From Lophium mytilinum (Eukaryota), in assembly GCA_010093605.1 (NCBI GenBank), contig MU004198.1:1242726-1306725 (forward strand): a stretch of 64,000 nucleotides of DNA. Direction: 5' to 3'. The translations under genes were made by a program, and so were the position numbers. Position 1 is the first letter of the stretch. Every line of letters begins with the position of its first letter. This document shows positions 1 through 12,178 of the stretch, in pieces. The notes beneath the pieces were generated by a model. It saw only the letters and a list, made by a program, of their open reading frames with translations. It was not told where the DNA came from and did not search any database.

Positions 1-1285
1 AGTCACCCCGCTTCTCCCAGTCGTGGCGTCTCGCATTGGTCTCCACCTTCGCAATGTCCGACTTGCCGTCTTTCACGCCGACATAGCTGGTCAACCTGCC
101 GTTCTTCACGATCTCTATGTTTACCACGAAGCTCGGTCCGAAGGGGGGCGGAACCCAATCCCCGACTCTCAGTCGATCCCACTTCTGCCACGTTGAGCGC
201 TGGAACCATTGAGCTATCCACTTGGTCGGCACAGCCCACGTAATATCACGAACGTTTTCGGGTTTTGACAAGTCCAAGGCTTTCCAGAGTTGGCCTTTCG
301 TAGTAGTCTTCTTAGCCTCGAAGGTAACTCCGGGGATAGACCGAACCTTGCCCTGCCAGTGCTTCGTCTCGCTGCCATCGGGAAAGGCATCTACGTAATT
401 AGCCACCAAGGGCCCAGCCGGATCGATCCGTATCTTTTCCGCCGACCCCGTGATTGGGTATATGAGATGTCCAAACACCCACTCTTCCCAGGAAAATCCG
501 AGCTCTGCTGAAGGATCGCCCTTCTGATGGAACGGTTCGTCGAACCGCCGCTGATAATACAACGGCTGGGAAACGAACCACGCGGCGTGTGCAATTTCAT
601 GGACGAGAGTGACTGCAAGTATGAACCAGAAACGGATCTTTGAAGCCATATTCGCTTCTGGAAACTTATTCTTCATCCATAAGTAGTACTCGTAGTTCAG
701 CACCACCACAGGGAGGAACTGACGATCCGGGAATCGAGGATTATGGACAGGTTCTGCGTCGGGCCAGGTTGTAGGATGCGTGGAACTGTACCAAGGAAAG
801 ATTCTACGCTCGGCCCATGTCCGTCCGTACGTGAAGTCAGCTTCTCGGATAGGGGGTTGAAAGGCGATGGTGATATTCTTGCTCAAGCGTAATAAAGCCG
901 AAGCGGCCAGATCGAATGCACGTCGAGTATGCTCTGCATTGTTTTCTCGGAGATAAGAAACCCCGGTGGCGTAGTTGATTACGGGGTTCCCAGTGTACAT
1001 GTGACACCACCATGGCAATAGACATTTGGTGGTGATCAGCTTGGAAGCGAGCCTGAGCGCTGGCAACATTCGGTCGTAGTGCAGGTAGTCGGGGCGGCCT
1101 TTAGCCCCTCCACTTAATCCAGCATCGGTCCGAATCCATCGATCTTGCGCGAACATAGGATGAACGGGACCAGTGAGATCGGGCGCCGTCGCATTATCCA
1201 ACCTCCATGCTCCAGAAGTTCGCAGCTCGGGCTTGTGTTCCATGAAAGTGTCGTAGACCAGCTTTTCCACGGTGTGAGTGGGCAT
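1..1285 (-). CDS. Uncharacterised fungal HExxH (zincin-like) protein, 3' end runs off the window
   Basis: Manual translation from ATG at 1285 gives a stop-free frame to the window edge (428 codons; absent from the ORF track because no stop): MPTHTVEKLV...PVHPMFAQDRW...PALRLASKLI...FILAVTLVHEIAHAAW...DEPFHQ...AELGFSWEEWVFG...KWIAQWFQRSTW. Confidence 0.75.
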   Translation of the reverse strand, partial: MPTHTVEKLVYDTFMEHKPELRTSGAWRLDNATAPDLTGPVHPMFAQDRWIRTDAGLSGGAKGRPDYLHYDRMLPALRLASKLITTKCLLPWWCHMYTGNPVINYATGVSYLRENNAEHTRRAFDLAASALLRLSKNITIAFQPPIREADFTYGRTWAERRIFPWYSSTHPTTWPDAEPVHNPRFPDRQFLPVVVLNYEYYLWMKNKFPEANMASKIRFWFILAVTLVHEIAHAAWFVSQPLYYQRRFDEPFHQKGDPSAELGFSWEEWVFGHLIYPITGSAEKIRIDPAGPLVANYVDAFPDGSETKHWQGKVRSIPGVTFEAKKTTTKGQLWKALDLSKPENVRDITWAVPTKWIAQWFQRSTWQKWDRLRVGDWVPPPFGPSFVVNIEIVKNGRLTSYVGVKDGKSDIAKVETNARRHDWEKRGD

Positions 1286-1800
1286 ACTGAGTCTGCGCTG
1301 GTTGGTAGCCGAACTGTCGGAAATGGAAGTGCACGAAGCTCTCTGTGGACAGACGGTGGTGGAGATATTGGTTGTGGTGGTGGCTCTAGAAGTGCTTCTA
1401 AGGTGGAGGATAATGCCATGATGACAAGGACGTCTATAATTTATATGCCAGCCGCGCCTGCTACGAGCATTCACTGCTGTCCGCAGGAAAGGGTGAAAGC
1501 AAAGTGACCAGAGCTTCAAAGACACTGACTATCTGCAGGCGGCAGCAATGCGTCAAGACATTCACCCCGGTGCACGTGTATCTTTCGATACGTGGTAGTC
1601 TACCTTCTAAGCTCCTTGTTGGCGGTCATTAAAGAGCGACCGAGTATAGGAAGTCAACGAAGGTGAGGGAGCAGAGGAGAGCTCTGTCTTAAAATATTCT
1701 GAATCGATGCGATGACTATTCTGCTGTGACTCGAAATTGACACGAGGCTTCTATGACCGCCTCTCGAAAGATGACTTATGACTTACAGTACCAGATCATA

Positions 1801-2005
1801 AGTCTAGTCACACCTAATCATCACTGCTGACTCGAATCTTGCTCATTCGCCACTACTGCAGAGGGTACCCTGGCTGCCCCGTGGCCATATGTTCAACAGG
1901 TAGTCTAGTTTGCACTGCTTGAACCTCGACAAGGGCATGGAATTTTTCAAATGCTGTGGGGCGGCCCCAAGTAGTGGCGAAGTGAGTGCGCCTAGACTTA
2001 TAACC
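1801..2005. repeat. Dispersed ~170-200 bp non-coding repeat, copy 1
   Basis: gtagtctagtttgcactgcttgaacctcgaca...aaatgctgtggggcggccccaagtagtgg aligns by eye with 9631-9706 and with the reverse complement of 42470-42675. Confidence 0.6.
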
Positions 2006-2200
2006 TGTCACTGTACAAGTGTTCGAGCACGGACGGCCCTATATTCTACTCGAACCTAGGCATATACTGTATTGCCTGTGGCAGTCGAGAATGAGTAGCT
2101 ATATGCCATGGAGAATCGATTCCCAGCGCTCTTGTCTTGACAGCGAACTCCCCTTACGTGACAACACCACCCTGTTGGCTGGTTCTGGGTGGGGCCGGGC

Positions 2201-4461
2201 CTAGGCGCCGCCAGTCACCATTCCCATTGCCGCTGCAGCTTCTTGGCATACTCGCGCAATCGCACCAGTTCGAAGCGCATTAGCGCGCGCGGATAGAGAC
2301 TGAGGTTCACTTCGATCCCGACGGGAGAGATCTGGGTGGCCCGCAGTAGCTGGGTTATATGTGTCGGCGCAGAAAGCAGGGAGCATTTTCTCTAGGCCTT
2401 CGGGTTCGCCGACCATCTCGAGGAAGAAATATTTATACCATCCAGCGCGGTTGAGCGCGGGGACATAGCTTGGGTAAGGGGATGTCGGTGCTGGGAGTTC
2501 AGTTGATATCTTCAGAGATTGAGGAAGCGGGACTTGTGAGGGTGTAAGGCGAGGCTCGTTGGGCACTAAGACGTGCGGAATCCCTTCTAGCGTCCACAGT
2601 GATGCGAACGCGTGATAATGATTGTGCATGAAGAGTCCTAGCATTATGTTAGACCCGCACGATCTTGGGGCATGTGGGAAATTAAGCATGGCAATGGCAA
2701 CTCGAATAGCGAGACTTACTTGCAGGCTCATCGGCCATTTCTTGCACTTTCCAGCTTTCAAGAATCTTCGGGGCTTCAAGGAAACCTACCAGAAACAAAC
2801 TAGTTAGCGTAAGATCGAGAGGGTTGTTTTCAAGAAACACCGATGCTATAAGTCATGAGAAACCTACCCGTATTTTTGGGCTCGCACTTCTTGTCCAATC
2901 CGTCAAATAGGAGATCAGCAATGATGAAGAATTCCGGGGTTGGCTGCTCTGTGCTAGGGTCCACAAAGCGCCAAGGACCTGTTGAAACGTGGATGGATGC
3001 ACTACTTGTACTGACCGCTCGACGCGGTACTACGAATGATTGTGGTCGTGATCCTGTTGGTGCGTGGTAAGCCTGGTATTGCTGTGGCGGGGTTGGTGCC
3101 GGCTTTGATAGTGGGTTGACTGATGGCGGTGTATATCCCAAGTCAGCTGGAAGCTCAGCAATAAACTCAGTTGGAGGAGGCGCAGAGCTCGGGGGTCGAG
3201 ATGCGGTAGGCTTAGATTCTACGTGAGGGGGCGCGGATTCAGGGGGTGCTCCTGGTTGCTGTGCAGGAGGTGGTGAGACTTGATCAGGCGTGAATTGGTG
3301 TGGGTTTTTGGGAGCCGTTTGATATTGATTTGCGGGGGTAGGGGGAGCTGAGATCGGAGTATGCGCCCACTGAGGTGGCTGACTAGTAGCATTTGAAGGC
3401 ACGGGAGGAGTTGGGAACCCTTGAGGCGGAGGTGTCGGATTGAAGTAGGCAGGGTTCTGTGGGATCTCGGGCGATGGAATATTCTGAAGATTTTGTTGGG
3501 GTTGCATTTGTCCATTAGCAGGCCATTGATTACCCTGGTTGTTTATGTCTGGCGAAAACGGCGTTACATTCTGTGGAGCTGGAGACACAGGGCTCACGTT
3601 CTGAGTAGGGTTTATTTGATGTACACCAGTTACTCCAGTCTCTTGCTGATATTGCACTTGCGGATTAGCCGGGCCCTGAACTTGTTCTTGACCACCAAAC
3701 TGATTACAGGGTTGTTGAGGTTGTGCGGACTGTTGCGATTGCGGCGGTGCTTGGGAAGGACTAGGAGACTGTTGAGGGGGGAAATAGTTGTTCGGAACAG
3801 GAGGGGCATAATTGGTAGGAGGTATAGGCGATTGCTGAGTATTTGTATATGTTGGTGATTGCCACTCAGTAGGTTGGCTTTGCGGGGTGCTTGTCGGTTG
3901 CTGCGGACCAGCTTGGTACTGGGGTGTATTTGTCTGCGACTGGATTGGAGGAGTAGATTGGTATTGGTGCGGAATGGCCTGTTGGGGTTGTGTGGGATTT
4001 GGATATTGAGTGATTGCCTGTTGTTGTGGATAGTTCTGATACTGCTGGGCATTTTGTGGATTGTTCTGGTACTGGTGTGTTGGATTCGCATAGCTGCTTG
4101 ACGACGGTTTGTTCAGCTTCTGGCCCACAGTTTTGCTCAGTTTTTGCCATGCCGGTTTCGATGTTGTCACGGCTTGGTTGAACACCTGGTTCAAAGAGGC
4201 GACGGAGAACTTAGAGGAGCCATGTGGTTGAGCTGGCGAAGAACTATGCTGCGGCGCATACGTATTGCCGCTATTTGGTGCTTGATACGGCGATGGACTG
4301 GGCTGCTGTTGGTAGTACTGGCCGGGCTGCTGTTGGTGTTGCTGCTGCTGGACTTGAGGCGGTCCTTGTGGCTGTCCCGCCTGATGTGGGTATTGTGCCG
4401 GCGACACAGATGGGGGCGGGACGTAGGCGCCAGGGATCGGGGCGTGAGGAAACTGGGACAT
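2201..4461 (-). CDS. Gln/Pro-rich low-complexity protein with a conserved-looking C-terminal globular domain (3 exons)
   Basis: ATG 4461 (MSQFPHAP); exon 1 ends 2868 at a GTAGGT donor, short exon (GFLEAPKILESWKVQEMADEPA), GTAAGT intron, last exon RLFMHNHYHAFASLWTLEGIPH...PALNRAGWYKYFFLEM to stop 2201. Confidence 0.7.
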
Positions 4462-5079
4462 GGTCGCGACAGGCAACGAACGATCACAAGAGACGAGATG
4501 AAATAAGAAGCGCAAAAATATGACTGTATTGTGCTAACAACATGCAACGAGAGAGAATGAGGGTTGGAGGGCAGAGGGGTTCCTCGCCTTCGGAGGATTG
4601 TAACCATTTGCGGAGCTTGGCGGTGGCTTGAGGTGGTCCGAGCATGAAGACAATAGAAAAGAAGGAAATCCGCAACTGTTTGTTAGCATACAGCTCGAAG
4701 AAATGTTGGCATGCAAAAACCTCGCGCACCTGACTCGAAGGTCTGTATAGACTTTAGTAGTGTTGAGTCTCACCCTCGACGTCCATCTCCGAAGTCGCTT
4801 AACCTTCCCCTTTAGCACAGCACCTCCGCTCCCCGCAAGATGGCCCCTCATCCTAGCTTTCTACGCTCTATCATGCCACTCTCAATCGCATCGGGCGAAG
4901 GGGCGGCCGTCCTCACGCAACGTCACTTGATGCTTTAGCTGCGGAGTAGGTCGCGGCCAGCGACGGCAGTGCCCAATATGTCCAGTCCGCTTCCTGTTAA
5001 TACCTCCTATACCGCGCTACCTTCGACTCGTCACACTCCTCGAGCCTTGTTTCTTCCACGCAATTGATATACGTCCAAG

Positions 5080-6273
5080 ATGAGAGCTGCGCGGTACTAC
5101 GGCAAAGAAGACATACGGATAGAGCAGATCGATGAAGCTCCGTGTGGAGAAGGCCAGGTTCGGGTGGGTGCAAACTACACTATTCATATCCATGAGCATT
5201 GCCAGAGTATACGTTCTAACAGCCTACGTGCTCTAGATAGCCCCAGCATTCGTCGGTATCTGCGGGACAGACCTTCACGAGTATCTCGGAGGCCCAACCT
5301 TTGCGCCCACCTCTCCCCATCCCGTCACGGGTGACACGATCCCCATTACATTTGGCCATGAGTTCTCTGGTGTTGTAAAAGAAATCGGAAAAGGCGTCGA
5401 AGGATTCCAAGTAGGGCAAAACGTGGCCGTACAGCCCACAATATACTGCCGGACCTGTCAAGCATGCACGCGGGGTGTTGAAAACGCGTGCTACAAGGGG
5501 GGCTTCATTGGCCTCAGCGGCGGAGGAGGCGGACTGAGTGATTCCGTGGTTGTCCCAGTGGACACATTGTTTCCATTGCCATCGAATATTCCCCTCGACA
5601 TTGGCGCCCTCGTCGAGCCGCTGTCGGTAGCGTGGCACGCTATATCTGCAGCCCCGCTCACTCCGGACTCCACCGTACTCGTACTCGGAGGAGGGCCGAT
5701 AGGACTGGCCGTCGTGCAGTGTTTATCTGCTTTAAAAACGAAGAAGATCATCATGAGTGAGGTGTCTTCATCACGGCAGGCCTTCGCCGGCCAATTCGGA
5801 GCTCACCATGTACTCAATCCGAAGACCTACGACCTCGTCGCCATGAGCAAAGAGTTGAGTGGAGCTGACGGTCCAGACATCGTTTTTGACTGTGCTGGGG
5901 TTTCAGCGAGTATTGCAACAGCTACCCAGGCAGTGAGAGTCCGTGGGACAGTCGTCAACGTGGCCATCTGGGAGAAAGAAATTGCTTTTCAGCCAAACAA
6001 TCTGACCTTCCGTGAAGCTGTTTACAAAGCTGTCTTGGGTTATCAGAGGAAGGATTTCCAGGCTGTCATTGACCATATCGCGAATGGTATGTGGAACTCA
6101 CTTTGGTGTTACAGATACAAATAGACTAACATATGATTGCAGGAACGCTGAAGCCAGAACGCATGATCACTAGCAAAATCAAGCTTGAAGATCTAGTAGA
6201 GAAGGGTTTCTTACCCCTGATTAACAATAAGGAGAAGCATGTCAAGATTCTGGTAGATCTCAGCGCGAAATAG
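5080..6273 (+). CDS. Zinc-dependent medium-chain dehydrogenase, (2R,3R)-butanediol/sorbitol dehydrogenase-like (3 exons)
   Basis: MRAARYYGKEDIRIE; GICGTDLHEY; GHEFSG; structural Zn CRTCQAC...C; GGGPIG NAD-binding motif; introns ~5164-5237 and ~6088-6142; ends HVKILVDLSAK*. Confidence 0.9.
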
Positions 6274-7308
6274 TTTCCTTATTGCGCCTCGAAGCTGTCA
6301 AAGTCCAGCGGTAACTACGATTTGCATATAACGTAAGTGAGTAATCTAGGTGAAAGATTGTATTGAAGCACTCTTACTTTCTTCTCTTGAGACTGCACTT
6401 TAATACTCGGATACACACTTTGACAGCGCGAGCGAACTGCCCTTGGTCTGACTCGTACCTATGTACATCGTGAACTGTGGTGGTGCGCCCGGCCTGAAGA
6501 GAGCCGCCACAGCTACCTAACTATTTCCCCAGGCAGGCTTCTTCGCCTCCTCCCAACCCCCACTACATCCTAATTCCATCTCTTTTCCAGATTCATACAT
6601 CAGCAATTTCTCCACAAATACAAACTAAAAACAGAGTCATGTAATGCGGCGTCTCTACGCCTAATGGTGCGCCCGTCACTACAGTGACAGGCCACAAGTT
6701 CATGATATGACAGTACGCAGCTTATCACTGTTTCTCATGCAAACAAATACGATTCCGCGAAACCTATGACTATAGAGGAAATATAAATATACCGCAAAAA
6801 TCTCTATACCGAGGCTTTACTGTAAAAGGAAGGTGGAAAAGATTGAAAAGCGGAACCCGAGGGTCAGCACGAGCGTGGCTGGGGCATTCGTTTGGGGACC
6901 TGTGAGCGATAGCGATCTCGGATGTCGATTGCATGAACGAATTATCTCCCCATGCAATTACTATGTACTGGGGACGCACTGTTGATCTTTCGCTTACTAT
7001 GTAGATCTTCACCTCGCCATCCCCAGGGCTTTGGCAGGTAGCATACTCGGTATTGAGTAGAAAGTAGCTTAAGGTACTTACAACATGACAGGTTACGTAC
7101 CACGGATGACAGTCGGGTCGGCACGCTGTTAGGTGATAATTAGTTTTATCCGAAGGACGTGGGACGGAGCACAAACGTGATTGGGTGAAATTCCTACGTC
7201 ATCCATTTCTAGTGTGCCAATTTGTGCATAAGATGAGAGGTAGGGGACGTTCACCAGAATCTCCAAATCAAATCATACCTTTCTTGAACCATTATTTTTT
7301 GCAGGAAA

Positions 7309-8943
7309 ATGCTTGTGTCAGTCACCATTCTTGTTTCGGCAATCCTCCCATTGGCCGGGGCATGGCCTCACCCATCGTACACCACCTCCACGTCTCCGTT
7401 ATCGACATCACTCATTTCCGACACCAATCTCATCTCTAAATACTGGGGCCAACTTACTCCCTACGCAGACAATGCCGCGGATTACTTCTCTGTGCAAGAT
7501 GTCGGTATTCCAGATGGCTGCCAACTTGAACAAGCGCATACATTGCAGCGTCACAGCAATCGCTTCCCCACCAGTTTTTACGATGATGGACTGAACGATG
7601 AGAATTTCGGGAAGAAAATCATGAATTGGACTTCCGCGAATGCGGAGAAATTCACCGGGCCACTGTCGTTTTTGAACTCATGGCATTATATCATGGGATC
7701 CTCGCTTCTCACCGGCTTGGGTGCTTCCTCGGAATTCCAATCGGGCGTGCAGTTCTGGAACCGCTACGGACGAACCCTTTACAATGCTTCCGCAGGCCAA
7801 CTTGCTTATAATGCCAGTTTCGAAAACGGTACCGCGCGACCAAAGCCCGTCCTTCGTACCACGAGTCAATCGAGGATTGAGAATAGTCAGATCAACTGGT
7901 CCCTTGGATTTTTTGGGACAAGTTTCGAAACCGTGCCTAATCCAAAACTGGAGAACTTCACGGCGCCATTTGACTTGGTGATCATTCCTGAAGGAGGGAC
8001 AGAGAATAATACTCTGGCTTCTTATGACAGTTGTTTCAACGACGACAATGATCCAACGGGTCAGCTTGGTGATTTGGACCTTGAAGGGTATATTCCAATG
8101 TATCTCAAGACTGCGACTGCTCGCATGCAGCAGTTTGCACCATCTGGCTTCTCATTCACAGCGAACGACACGTATGCGATGCAGTCCCTCTGCGCTTACG
8201 AAATGGCCTATATTTCATCTAGCTCATTCTGCTCCTTGTTCACGTTGAGCGAATGGGAAGGCTTCGAGAACACTCTCGACATGGAGTATTACTACGATTA
8301 TTCCTTCGGAAGCCCGACTGGTCGTGCGCAAGGTATCGGATACCTGCAAGAACTTCTAGCCCGACTTCAGAACGAATACATCACTACCTCCAACTCCTCA
8401 GTGAACAGCACCATCACAAACAATGCGGCGGAGTTCCCCCTCGGACGCCCCTTCTATGCAGACTTCTCTCACGACGACATCATTGTCAGTGTCATGACGG
8501 CGATGTCGCTAGACTACTTCAAGGATCCGCCATCATTGACACAATATCCGCCAGACCCAAACCGCAAGTTCATTCTCTCGCGCATTACCCCTTTTACAGC
8601 CCGCCTTATTACCGAAGTGATTGGATGCTCAGATGCCGAACCGGGGACTCAGTCAGAAGCACGAACGCAGTACTCTCCCGGCCAGTATGGGTATTCGGCC
8701 AGCAACGCAACGCATAAATTCATTCGTATGCGTTTAAACAACGGCATCTTACCATTGTCGACGATTCGTGGAGGGGGGTGTGCTGGTAGGACCGATGGGC
8801 TGTGTGCAATGGACGGCTTCTTGAAGAGTCAGGAATCTGCTTATGCATTGAGCGAGTACAATTACGCGTGTTTTGGGAACTACACCATCTTAGCTCCTAC
8901 CAGTGGACAAGACTATGACGGAGCTATTGTGCCACCCTCGTAG
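7309..8943 (+). CDS. Secreted histidine acid phosphatase / 3-phytase-like
   Basis: Signal peptide; RHSNRFP variant of RHGxRxP; DFSHDD catalytic motif; single 544-aa ORF. Confidence 0.9.
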   Translation: MLVSVTILVSAILPLAGAWPHPSYTTSTSPLSTSLISDTNLISKYWGQLTPYADNAADYFSVQDVGIPDGCQLEQAHTLQRHSNRFPTSFYDDGLNDENFGKKIMNWTSANAEKFTGPLSFLNSWHYIMGSSLLTGLGASSEFQSGVQFWNRYGRTLYNASAGQLAYNASFENGTARPKPVLRTTSQSRIENSQINWSLGFFGTSFETVPNPKLENFTAPFDLVIIPEGGTENNTLASYDSCFNDDNDPTGQLGDLDLEGYIPMYLKTATARMQQFAPSGFSFTANDTYAMQSLCAYEMAYISSSSFCSLFTLSEWEGFENTLDMEYYYDYSFGSPTGRAQGIGYLQELLARLQNEYITTSNSSVNSTITNNAAEFPLGRPFYADFSHDDIIVSVMTAMSLDYFKDPPSLTQYPPDPNRKFILSRITPFTARLITEVIGCSDAEPGTQSEARTQYSPGQYGYSASNATHKFIRMRLNNGILPLSTIRGGGCAGRTDGLCAMDGFLKSQESAYALSEYNYACFGNYTILAPTSGQDYDGAIVPPS

Positions 8944-9529
8944 ACGCACGATACTGATGCGGTAGCAAATCGCGTTCGCATGGAGGGGTGGTAAAAGGAT
9001 ATGCTGCAAATATGTTAGTTATATAGTTTTATTATGTACCAACACCGTGTCACTCAGCCACTTAGTAGCTGCAGAGAGAATGTATTTGCCTAGGTAACTC
9101 GCAAAAACGGTTTCTTTACTGAAGCCCACCTATGACTCCTAACGCGTGCACCAAACTCCATGCGGCTGGCAGCATTCGATAGAGCGCATTGGACCCCGTT
9201 CTGTACATTCGATGACCACTCTGTCCTCAACCCACCGCCGTTCTACTTGGCGAGTCGCTCCTCCACATCGTCGACTGCTCTCTATGCATCCTCCATGGAG
9301 CCCTCTTCGGCGAGATTGGTGCTAGTACAATCCTACAACACCGACTTTGCCGCTATACTCCACCCTTAGTGCTGCGCTCAGCGCGATGTCTGCGCTCTAA
9401 GCATCTCAGCGCTTGACGTCCTTTCCTTGACTAGCAAGTAGCAGGGGTGTTAGTTGCTCAGCTGAACTGATCTCATCCCTCATAAAGACTGCTGAGCTTG
9501 GATGAACACTCTCTTCAGACGCTTTGATA

Positions 9530-9710
9530 CCTAGCACGTAGCTCTTGGTGTTGCAGCTTGGCTCCAACTTGCTCACTCGACACCACTGTCGGGGGTAAGC
9601 TGGCTGTTAAGCAGCCAATTAGTCAAGAGGTGGTCTAATTTGCACTGCTTGAACCTTGACATCACCCTTAGATCTTCAAAATCCTGTGGGGGTACCCCAT
9701 GCGGTCTCAA
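9530..9710. repeat. Dispersed non-coding repeat, copy 2
   Basis: ttgctcactcgacaccactgtcgggggtaagctggctg...gtggtctaatttgcactgcttgaaccttgacatc...ctgtgggggtaccccatgcgg, similar to 1839-1977. Confidence 0.6.
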
Positions 9711-10274
9711 GCCTCGATCAAACCAAACACAAACCAATAAGACTCAAACCTCGAATCTCGGAGAGCAGTACACTACGTACCTTGGTCTCCCCTGCCTAGC
9801 CTAAGTAGTACGCCTCAAGCTTTACTTCAACCGCACAGCAGCTTACTGGCTTATATACGTATACAGGAATATGGCTAAGATATACAACATCGGACTTGTC
9901 AACAGTTGCGACTATTGCGAAGGATGCAACAGTGTAATTCCTTGCGGAGATGATGACTGTAAAGAGACTGGCGAAATTCACTGATGCTCCCAGCATTGAG
10001 GGGAAGAAGTACCGCTCTCTTTACGGGTCTACGAAGTTGAGAGTGTAACTGAACTTGAGAATGATGACTAAGAAGTGGATTGGTTCAAACGAAGTAGTCG
10101 TTTTCTCTCTCTTTTCTCCTATTTGAGATAGTTATCAACTTTACGAATTACAAGCTGATCAAAGTCCTTCGGGTATCAAGGGTCTGCGCGATTTGAACAC
10201 GCTCAATTTCAGCACGCTATAAGTTTGAGTGCGGTTCTAGAGGCAGGATGGCCAAGCTGCACCACAACAGGAGC

Positions 10275-12178
10275 TTAGATACCGAACGGGGTGACCCTCC
10301 ACAATGCTTGTTCTGCCTCCAATTCCTCCATGTAGGCATTCCCAAAAGCACGGTGAAATATGGCCTCCTCAGGCCCACGGTTCCACACACCGTACATTGC
10401 CTTCGTGAATTCCCAGTACTCGGGTTTGAATGCGGCGCATTCCCAGTCCACGATTCCAGACAAGCGACCACCATATATAAGCAAATTTGTCGTATGCAAG
10501 TCCGAGTGCGTGAAGAAAACCCGATGCTTCCGTGAATGTACCGGGGCTAGCCTTTTTCTTAGCTCTGGTCCTACGCCCATGTGATAAAGATGGGAGTTGA
10601 AGTCAGCCTCTGAATTGAAAGGTCCGAACCTCCCGTCTGGGACGCGATGATCTACCATTTCACCACCCGTCGTGTCGGCGAACGTATAGGGTGTATGATT
10701 CGGGATGCGGCGAAGTTGCTTGATACTCGCCGCCAAGTCGTCTGAGAGTTGATCGCGCTCTGCGTAGGACATGAGATGGAACACGTCTTTCAGCATTTGA
10801 CCTCGGACTCTGGTCATTACCATGAATGTGTTGCCATCATCTTGGAAGGTGTCAATCAAGAGAGGTGCTGGGACGGATGTGTACTGCTCCACCAACTTCA
10901 ATGCGGTGGGCTCGTTCTTTTGAGATCCCTCGCAGTGCTTGATATAGAGACCAAGTGGCACCCTTTTTACCAGGTAAGAGATTTCGCTAGGATAAAAATA
11001 TGGTCCCGCCTTGGAAAGACCACGGTAGCACCAAACTCGGGCAGGTTTTGGAACGAAGAGCCACAGTCTGCGGAAAACAAGTTGGGCATTTCTCCCAAGT
11101 AAGGCTATTCAAGAAGTCCCGTTAGTTAGTGCAATGAAAGATGTAATGGTCGTGATGTACCTGGAGCGCGCCAAGGCCAGCCTTTCGCAATCCGATCTTC
11201 AATAGAAAAGAGGTGCAAGGCGTTGGAAAATCTATAATGTACGCGAAACAAGAAAGCGCTGGGTAGGCACAAATGGACCGGGTCTTTTGTGCGAACTGTA
11301 AACATATGTATAGTGTTCTCGAATAGTACGCCGTTGCTGAATTGAAGCCCAGTGCATTCTTCCGGATAGAGCGTGGTCATTGTGTACTGTGTAATTGAGT
11401 TTCTCAGTCAGTATTTTGCTTAATTGCTCTTCATAGGGCGTGACAAACCCTAGCTTCCGTTGCCTCCGCGATTTCACGCTCGTCTTCGTCGTCCCAGTCT
11501 ACCTTCATCTTAGGCCGGATTTGGACATGGCCGTTACGAAATGCTGAATGGATACTCGGCGATAACAGCCAGAGGTTCTTAAGCCCGCCTTCATCGCTAT
11601 CGTCGCGTAGTAGATTTCGCATCTGAGAGACTTTCGGTGGCGTCAAAAAGGTTTCCAGAAGGGAGTGGAGTGAACCCTACCCATAGAAAACGTTAGCGTT
11701 CCTAAAGCTAAGATCGAATATATACACTACCTCAGATGCCATATCGGGATCCTCAAATACTGTAGGCGGAATGATATACGCAGGTTCCATCTGGTTAGAG
11801 ACACTGTGATCAGAGCCCTCCGTTAAAGAACAATGAGGCCCGTCACGAAGAGGTAAGAGGGTCTGTAACTTGGGTGGTACTTCAGGAACGCCGGTTACTG
11901 ACGAATAGTAAGAGTGCCTGCTACAAAATCTCTCATGTTAAGATGATTAACCCACGTTTGGTAGCTAATCTGCGCCAGTCTCGTTTCAGAGATCGAAGCA
12001 CATTGTCAGTGCTTTGGTCAGAATTTTGTTCAATTAACCCTAAGATGTACCGAGCAACTTGGTCAGCATCAACAGCGTTTGCCACTAAGTCTTTCAGAAG
12101 CAGATGCTCCGTTGGAGTAAGCTGTGCGGACATGATAGCTGCCACAGCCGCGTCCACCACCTTGGAAGTTCGTGGCAT
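10275..12178 (-). CDS. Fusion of a degenerate HNH-like domain and an aminoglycoside-phosphotransferase (APH)/choline-kinase-like domain (~5 exons)
   Basis: ATG 12178 (MPRTSKVV); spliced frame contains RDGPHCSLT, EPAYIIP, NLWLLSPSIHSAFRNG (HNH_2-like) then FTHSDLHTTNLLI and GIVDWECAAFKPEYWE (APH Brenner and DWE motifs); GT-AG introns join the ORF-track pieces in frame. Confidence 0.75.

Noticed and set aside
3219..4607. Many overlapping ORFs across the Gln/Pro-rich gene
   Set aside because: Alternative-frame artefacts of low-complexity coding sequence
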